A stretch of DNA of 63,242 bases, filler included, from Collodictyon triciliatum (taxonomy: Eukaryota): NCBI GenBank assembly GCA_043381765.1. It is 5 parts of 5 records of this genome, joined end to end, with 100 filler letters (N's around TTAATTAATTAA, not from the genome) between each part and the next. Parts side by side here need not be neighbours in the genome. Positions count along the whole stretch, not along the records: positions 40,650 to 60,658 come from JBHJMP010000502.1; positions 60,759 to 63,242 come from JBHJMP010000543.1; 3 more parts are not named here. One strand, given 5' to 3'. Below, in pieces: positions 56,680 through 63,242 of this stretch (position 1 is the first letter of the stretch; each line of letters begins with the position of its first letter). A program made the position numbers and the translations under genes. The notes below the pieces were generated by a model. That model made no database searches and was not told where the DNA came from. It worked only from the letters and a program-made list of their open reading frames with translations.

Positions 56680-56862
56680 GTCCACGAACGTGGAAGAGTC
56701 GTGTACATCAATCGATTATGGGTTTGTTGTCTTTTATACACATGCGGAATTTAATATGTTTTGGTTCTTCTGTGCAATTCTGCCGACATTTAGTGAAAGG
56801 CGCACAATCTGGAGCGCGCTTTCTTTCAACCATTGGAATAAAACAATATCAAGATGTATGCA

Positions 56863-58877
56863 TTAAGCCGTGATGTCGTCGGTCTCATCCACCTGACCAG
56901 GAATCATGATGCGCATCAGAGTTGTTCCTAGATACTCCCCAATTTTGGTCAGCATGGGAACACTTCGGTTGCCTTCGATTCGGCAGATGGCTTTCACAAA
57001 CGTGGGGTATGACCGCATAGGAATGGGAATCAGGCGGTATGCAAACCGGATCACAGCAAAGTACACAATGGCGGTCCAATATTTTGCTGGAGATATGTCA
57101 TACCCAAACTCCTAGACAAGAACACGATGAAGGTGTTTTCAAGAATATTAGCATCCGGGCAGGTATATGAGTTGTTTCTCTGATTCGGAATAGATTCTTC
57201 AACATGGATCGATTCAAATGACAGTGCTCTCAAACACACCTCTCGAAGCCGTGGCGGTATCTGTAAAGCTGCCATCCACTTTGCTGGTGGCGGAACTGCT
57301 AATCCTCGGATAAGGTGGCCCTGTATGCTTAATGCAGCAGGAGACACGGACAAAATTCTCGAATGCCACATAAACTTTAAATATTGCACAAAGGCGGCCC
57401 AGTCTGCAGGAAACACGTCTTTTTTAATCCCGAAGAAGAGTGCCCCACGACGGACATCCTGTTTATGTATTTGCAGTACAATTATACAAACACCAACACA
57501 GAAAAAAAAAACTCTATTACTGCAACTTTAAAAATCAGTGTTATGTAGCAGCTCCAAAAAAAAAAATACCGTTATATAATCATTCTTTTCTTGCAAACTT
57601 AGAGGGCGAACAATCATCTCAAACATCAAAAGCGCAATATCAACTAGGGAACCCATGACCCAGACAAGAGCAGGAAGGTCGTTTGCCCTGTATTCATGAC
57701 CTTTTTGATAATATCCAAAATCATCCGGTATCATGCCTACAACCCTATTTGATTATATGAAATTTATTAGATTCAATCGAAAAGAATCGGGCGTTGCTAT
57801 GTTAATTGAGGCTAGAATGCGTGACAGAAAGAGACATTTTTATTATCTTAATACCGGTCGTGTAGTCCTCGCACTATTTTTGCAGAATGCAACGATTGTT
57901 TTGCTGGACCGTATAGAATTGAAAATAGATATTTGAATGTTTTTTGGAATCTCAGCTGAGGGCTCATCTTCACACTAGAATGTTGATCAACCCCATATGC
58001 TATATAAGGGTGCGCCACTTGCAGTAGGACAGCGGCGGGGCCTCCCAGCATGGTGACTGATTCGCGGTTTCTGAAATTTTAATAAAATGGAGAAAAAGGA
58101 AATCTGTGAGACCAGAAGAGAAAGAGTGTGAATACAAAACTGAATTGGACCCATAGATGATTGTGAATGAAATTCGTCATAGAAATCATCGGCAAGTTAC
58201 ATGAGTTTATATGAATCGGTTGTTAATCCGAGCACTCCTGAATTTTCGTCCTTTATCTATTTCAAAAGATAAATAACGCTGTATATTAACCATTAACTGT
58301 ATACTGATGACTGTGCAGTACATTTTTATGTGTAGATATGGTAACTATATCTCATTCAAAAATTCGTTCTAGCGGACACAAGTAAGACGCATACAACTTT
58401 TCATACCAATTTAACAATCTCATCGATAGATTTTTTATGCTCCTCTTTCGTAACCAAGGCTCCTGATACATACTTTTGGCGTTCTACTTCAAATTCGTTT
58501 CCAGGCAAGGCCCTGTACATCGCTTGGCGGAGCTGAATGGTCTTTCATACAAAATTCCCCTTAACCAATACTTAACCGCATAACAATGGAAGAAGGGAGT
58601 AAAGTGCATGAATTCAATTATTATATTTTTGTTATGTATTTAAAATCGAGTCTACGGAAGCGAAACCGATCATACCTTATGAATGTGGTAGATATCCTTC
58701 ATTCCGATCAAAGACACAGCAGCGCCGCATACTTGCAGATATTTCATGGTGTCAAAATTCATAAAATAATCATTATATTCAATTTTATTAGTTGCCTTTC
58801 AAAAGAAAGGCTTCATAAAGATGGTGTGTGTACGGTAGGATCGAAGTACCTATAATAGCGGTGCTTGTTGGATCCAT
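56863..58877 (-). CDS. DUF2236 / MpaB-Lcp family heme oxygenase-like protein with short hydrophobic N-terminus
   Basis: Spliced: MDPTSTAIIVCGAAVSLIGM...INRESVTMLGGPAAVLLQVAHPYIAYGVDQHS...RFQKTFKY...VRGLHDRVVG...YRANDLPALVWV...FGIKKDVFPADWAAF...LQIPPRLRE. Confidence 0.85.
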
Positions 58878-59808
58878 ATCCTTTACCACGTGGGTTGATT
58901 GGAGCAAATATCTCCCAATTGACTTTATGATAATTGTGAAAAAATAAAAAAGAATGTTTTATAGCCTATGAGCAAAACAAAATCACTCAAAAAAAATCTA
59001 GGGTAAAAGAGCCGGCGGTCGAGGCAGCGAAATCCGTAGCATACTCTCTCGACACACGCCCTGCCCTGTTGGTGGCCTGCATCAATAACCTAAAGAACCC
59101 TTCCCCACCAAAAATATGTAATGATACAACAAAAATCAAGCCAATCTTTACTACTCGCTCAACTTCTCCCGTCGTCTTGGCAAGACTTGAACGACTCGGC
59201 GGGCTTTTGGCAACTGCGCTGTGGATGAGGATAGAACGGAACCCAACAAGCACAAACGAGTTAAATGTCAAACAGACAAACAAACAGGCGAAACCCCTCC
59301 GCCCAATTTGGAACGCAACACCTCTTCCAGAAAAAGAACTACTTCATTTGGATTCTTCGCAGTGCGCGCAATTATCTATTTATGTATATATGTAATGAAT
59401 ATATTTGTCACTTGGACACAATTATTTTGATCTAATTTATATTAATAGATATAGATTCACAATAAATTCCAGAAAGAGCGACGCAACGATCACATCAGAT
59501 GAATCAGAAAAGCCCGTAAACACACCACGAGGAAGGATTGATCGCTGCTTTTCCATGGCAGACATACATACCCAGTCAGACTAGAAGAAAGGCTTGGCCC
59601 GCACCTCGAGGCAAACAGGAAAGAAACACACTTTTTTGAAAGAGCTTTGTAAAAAAAGAATAAAAGCACCTCACCTACTGGCAAAACTCCTTATCATTCC
59701 CACCCCATCCCAACTTGCAATCGTTGAGAGCAAAGGTCGAAACAAAAACATGACCCTCTTCCTCCCCTTCCTTGTTCTTTATTCTCCTTCCTTTTCAGGT
59801 GTGTTGAA

Positions 59809-60555
59809 ATGGCGCAGCCGAACCAAGTGACACTCACCTGCACAATCCCGACGTGCTCCTCGCCAACCTGCCCCACGTGCAACTGCGAAGGCTGCTGTGA
59901 TTCATGCAAGTGCTGCAACTGCAACTGCGGAGACTGCGACTGCACAAAATGCTGCAGCTGCGACTGCACAAAATGCTGCAACTGCGACTGCGACTGGAGC
60001 GTGTGCAGCTGCCGCGCGTGTCTGGATCAGTGCTCGAAGGCGCAGTCCTTTGGCGAGTGCCTCGGCGCGCTTTTCTTCCCGTGCGCTGCGGGCTCGAGCC
60101 TCTGCAGGCAGAGCATGAAATGCGACCGGGAAACGTGGGACTCTGTCCCGCTCTGGCTGGCCCTCTGCACCTGCCAATGCCTCTGCACAAACCGCCGGTG
60201 CTGCGATCCGCAGGACGTGCCGGGCTCCGGGCTTTCCTTCCGCGATCTCTTCAGGCCGGCCCATGAATGGACGCGGCGGCCGCAGGCTGATGCGAAGGAT
60301 CAGAGTCAGGCGCACGGGCCTGGGAGTCTGGGCGATGCCGTCTCGGAGGGCAGTCAGACTCACCCGCCAGATGCGGCCCACATGCGTGCCGTGCCTCGTA
60401 TTCCGCCCTCCCACAAGATGCAGGAGTCGCGTCTGCCGCATCCCACTGCGCCGCAGAATCATGCGCCCGGTGGCGGCCTTTTGACTGCGTATCAGTGCTG
60501 TGGCGTGGCGCAGTGGAATATCCATGGCCTCCAAGCAGCTGTCGAGCAGTCTGCG
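59809..60555 (+). CDS. Cysteine-rich protein with metallothionein-like N-terminus; 3' end unresolved
   Basis: GC-rich ORF with 26 Cys in the first 75 aa (CxC, CC motifs) and a 24-bp coding tandem repeat (CDCTKCC twice). The ORF runs into an SSR and a gap. Confidence 0.6.
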
Positions 60556-60758
60556 TTCCTTTTTCTCTCTTTTTCTCTCTTTTTCTCTCTTTTTCTCTCT
60601 TTTTCTCTCTTTTTCTCTCTTTTTCTCTCTTTTTCTCTCTTTTTCTCTCTTTTTCTCTNNNNNNNNNNNNNNNNNNNNNNNNNNNNNNNNNNNNNNNNNN
60701 NNTTAATTAATTAANNNNNNNNNNNNNNNNNNNNNNNNNNNNNNNNNNNNNNNNNNNN

Positions 60759-61283
60759 TTTGCTTTTATTTTGCTTTTATTTTGCTTTTATTTTGCTTTT
60801 ATTTTGCTTTTATTTTGCTTTTATTTTGCTTTTATTTTGCTTTTCTTTTGCTTTTCTTTTGCTTTTCTTTTGCTTTTCTTTTGCTTTTATTTTGCTTTTA
60901 TTTTGCTTTTATTTTGCTTTTATTTTGCTTTTATTTTGCTTTTATTTTGCTTTTCTTTTGCTTTTCTTTTGCTTTTCTTTTGCTTTTCTTTTGCTTTTCT
61001 TTTGCTTTTATTTTGCTTTTCTTTTGCTTTTCTTTTGCTTTTCTTTTGCTTTTCTTTTGCTTTTCTTTTGCTTTTATTTTGCTTTTATTTTGCTTTTATT
61101 TTGCTTTTATTTTGCTTTTATTTTGCTTTTATTTTGCTTTTATTTTGCTTTTATTTTGCTTTTCTTTTGCTTTTCTTTTGCTTTTCTTTTGCTTTTATTT
61201 TGCTTTTATTTTGCTTTTATTTTGCTTTTATTTTGCTTTTATTTTGCTTTTCTTTTGCTATTATTTTGCTTTTATTTTGCTTT
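60759..61283. repeat. 11-bp minisatellite (TTTTGCTTTT[A/C])n
   Basis: More than 45 tandem units with two interspersed variants; explains the three stop-free F/L/C-rich pseudo-ORFs. Confidence 0.95.
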
Positions 61284-61323
61284 CCAAAGGCATGAGCAGC
61301 CAAGCAGAAGACAACAATCGTCT

Positions 61324-63025
61324 CTAAGCCTCGTCCTCGTCGTCCTCTTCGGCTTCCTTGAGCCATTTCAGCATCGGTCCAGCCTGTCGGTTGTAGTGTT
61401 GGTATTGATGAAAAAATAATGAAAAAGGATTAAGATATATGTCTCAGAGCCCACCAACACCCGCCAAGCATTTCATGAGTACAACAGATATATCAAAATA
61501 TCTAAAGTGGACTCACAGCCTCGATGAACTTGGAGAGAGGAGGATTTTGGGCATTTTCTTGAGACTCCCACTCCAGTATGGCATCTTCCGAAACAACTTC
61601 TTTGTTGTAGAGGACGTTCAGGATGTTCAGAAAAGCACCGGAGTAGTCGACTTTTTGGTATTCCTGGCACAAATTCCATTTGGATAAGAGGGTAAGGGTC
61701 ATGTTTAAAAAGAAAAAAGGGGGAACATGGGATGCATATGAAGTGTTTGTTCCTTTATTTTGCTTTTTCTTTTTTCTTTTCTTTTTTCTTTTCTTTTTTC
61801 TTTTCTTTTTTCTTTTCTTTTTTCTTTTCTTTTTTCTTTTCTTTTTTCTTTTCTTTTTTCTTTTCTTTTTTCTTTNNNNNNNNNNNNNNNNNNNNNNNNN
61901 NNNNNNNNNNNNNNNNNNNNNNNNNNNNNNNNNNNNNNNNNNNNNNNNNNNNNNNNNNNNNNNNNNNNNNNNNNNTTTTCTTTTTCTTTTTCTTTTTCTT
62001 TTTCTTTTTCTTTTTCTTTTTCTTTTTCTTTTTCTTTTTCTTTTTCTTTTTCTTTTTCTTTTTCTTTTTTTCTTTGTTGGCCCTATGTAGGTAAACTTCT
62101 GATTCAAGTAATTACAGTTATTGTGTTCAAAAGATACACTTGAGCATCATTTGGATCAGCGAAGGACTTGAACAATTGCAGAAAGAGGGAATCTCTGGCA
62201 AGAATACCCTAGTAAAGAAAAAAAAGCAATCATACATGAACAGATAGATGCATGTGGGGGTTGGGTCGGATGCAATTATGTGCCATGAGTAGTTAATAAA
62301 GAAAACTATTCCTCAAAAAAAAAAAAAAAACTAATCAGAGCGATTTCTTCTTTAGCTCATATAAGTCGAGAAACCTGATAAAAGGCCGCCAACAAATCTG
62401 TTGGTTCTGTGCTTGTAATCGATAGTTGGTCGAGGAAGGCAATCATCAAATACCCAGAAACTAAATATTTGTTGAATATTTTATGTGAGAATTATATTCA
62501 TAGATTGGCTATCAGTACCAAAAATTCTGATTGATTTGGTAAGAGTGGAAGCGACAATATTGATAGTGAGAGGGTCAAGAGTACGAGGGAAAAGACTTAA
62601 GTTGTGGTAACATTCTGTCATTACAAAGCTTCAACGACATGTTCAAAGTTAGACGTTGGCTTTGAAGTTCCACTTGGGTCTTATGGAAAGTATCCTACGA
62701 ACAAAGCACAAGCTCATATTAGATATGACGTAGTATGTGAATTGGGTATATTAATTCGGCTAAATTTCATACATTTGCTGATATCAGTTCTCGAATGAAC
62801 TTTGGCACTATGAAAAGAATAGATTCAGTAAGGAACTTCACTCCAAAAGAAAAAGTCACCATAGAGTCCTTTGGCTCTTTCCTTAACATATATATTTGAC
62901 AAATTCACCAGATTGAATGAAAAAAAAAATGTGTTTACCATCTTCTTCGCCTTCCTCTTCGTCGCTTTCCCCATAGTCACTTTCATCCGTATCTTCGTCA
63001 GCGACGGGGTCGGCCTTGGCCCCTG
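61324..63025 (-). CDS. EIF2B5: W2-domain translation factor, most likely eIF2B epsilon (3' part; gene continues past the window end)
   Basis: Acidic linker DEDTDESDYGESDEEE, VELQSQRLTLNMS (similar to the eIF2B-epsilon LE.NSL....N motif), AA-box 1 LYNKEVVSEDAILEW, AA-box 2 MLKWLKEAEEDDEDEA*. Confidence 0.7.
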
Positions 63026-63242
63026 GTAAATTAATGTGCCATTGTCAGCAAACACAAACGAAAACACAAACGAAAACACAAACAAACAAACAAACAAACA
63101 AACAAACAAACAAACAAACAAACAAACAAACAAACAAACAAACAAACAAACAAACAAACAAACAAACAAACAAACAAAAAACGAACAATAGTAAGAACAA
63201 GAATTAACTGAATAAGTGCGAAACCAGTGAAAAATATTAAAA

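Noticed and set aside
60760-61419. Three overlapping long hydrophobic ORFs (F/L/C/Y-rich)
   Set aside because: They result from a stop-free 11-bp minisatellite. The same applies to poly-K, poly-F, poly-I, poly-Y and RK-repeat ORFs elsewhere.

Overview
Gene-dense, intron-rich eukaryotic DNA, most likely from a flagellated protist (it carries a TTC25/ODAD4 orthologue). The introns I reconstructed are short GT-AG introns and the genetic code is standard. The window has many microsatellites, N-gaps and four artificial TTAATTAATTAA contig spacers. Reconstructed genes in order: CPT1-like carnitine acyltransferase (+), cysteinyl-tRNA synthetase (-), an orphan Q/S/P-rich protein with an apparently duplicated domain (+), dyskerin/Cbf5 (-), CBS-PB1 tail-anchored protein (-), pseudo-receiver class I phosphodiesterase (-), a BAR-like/RasGAP-like gene (+), an intronless multi-pass membrane ORF (+), TTC25 (-), ALDH10-type aldehyde dehydrogenase (+), casein kinase 1 (-), a small FCS-type zinc finger (-), ALG2 (-), acyl-CoA synthetase with PTS1 (-), DUF2236/MpaB-like oxygenase (-), a very Cys-rich protein (+), and the 3' part of a W2-domain gene, probably eIF2B-epsilon (-). 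The most striking unexplained signal is a family of six tiny (23-38 bp) inserts with core TTGAATCGAATAAAGG(A)n. Each is flanked by its own 8-16 bp direct repeat resembling a target-site duplication, and they sit in introns or a 5' flank in both orientations, like a micro-retroelement. Also notable are possible splicing-control elements in dyskerin introns and a box C/D-like RNA upstream of dyskerin. All protein assignments come from motif recognition by eye; no database searches were run.
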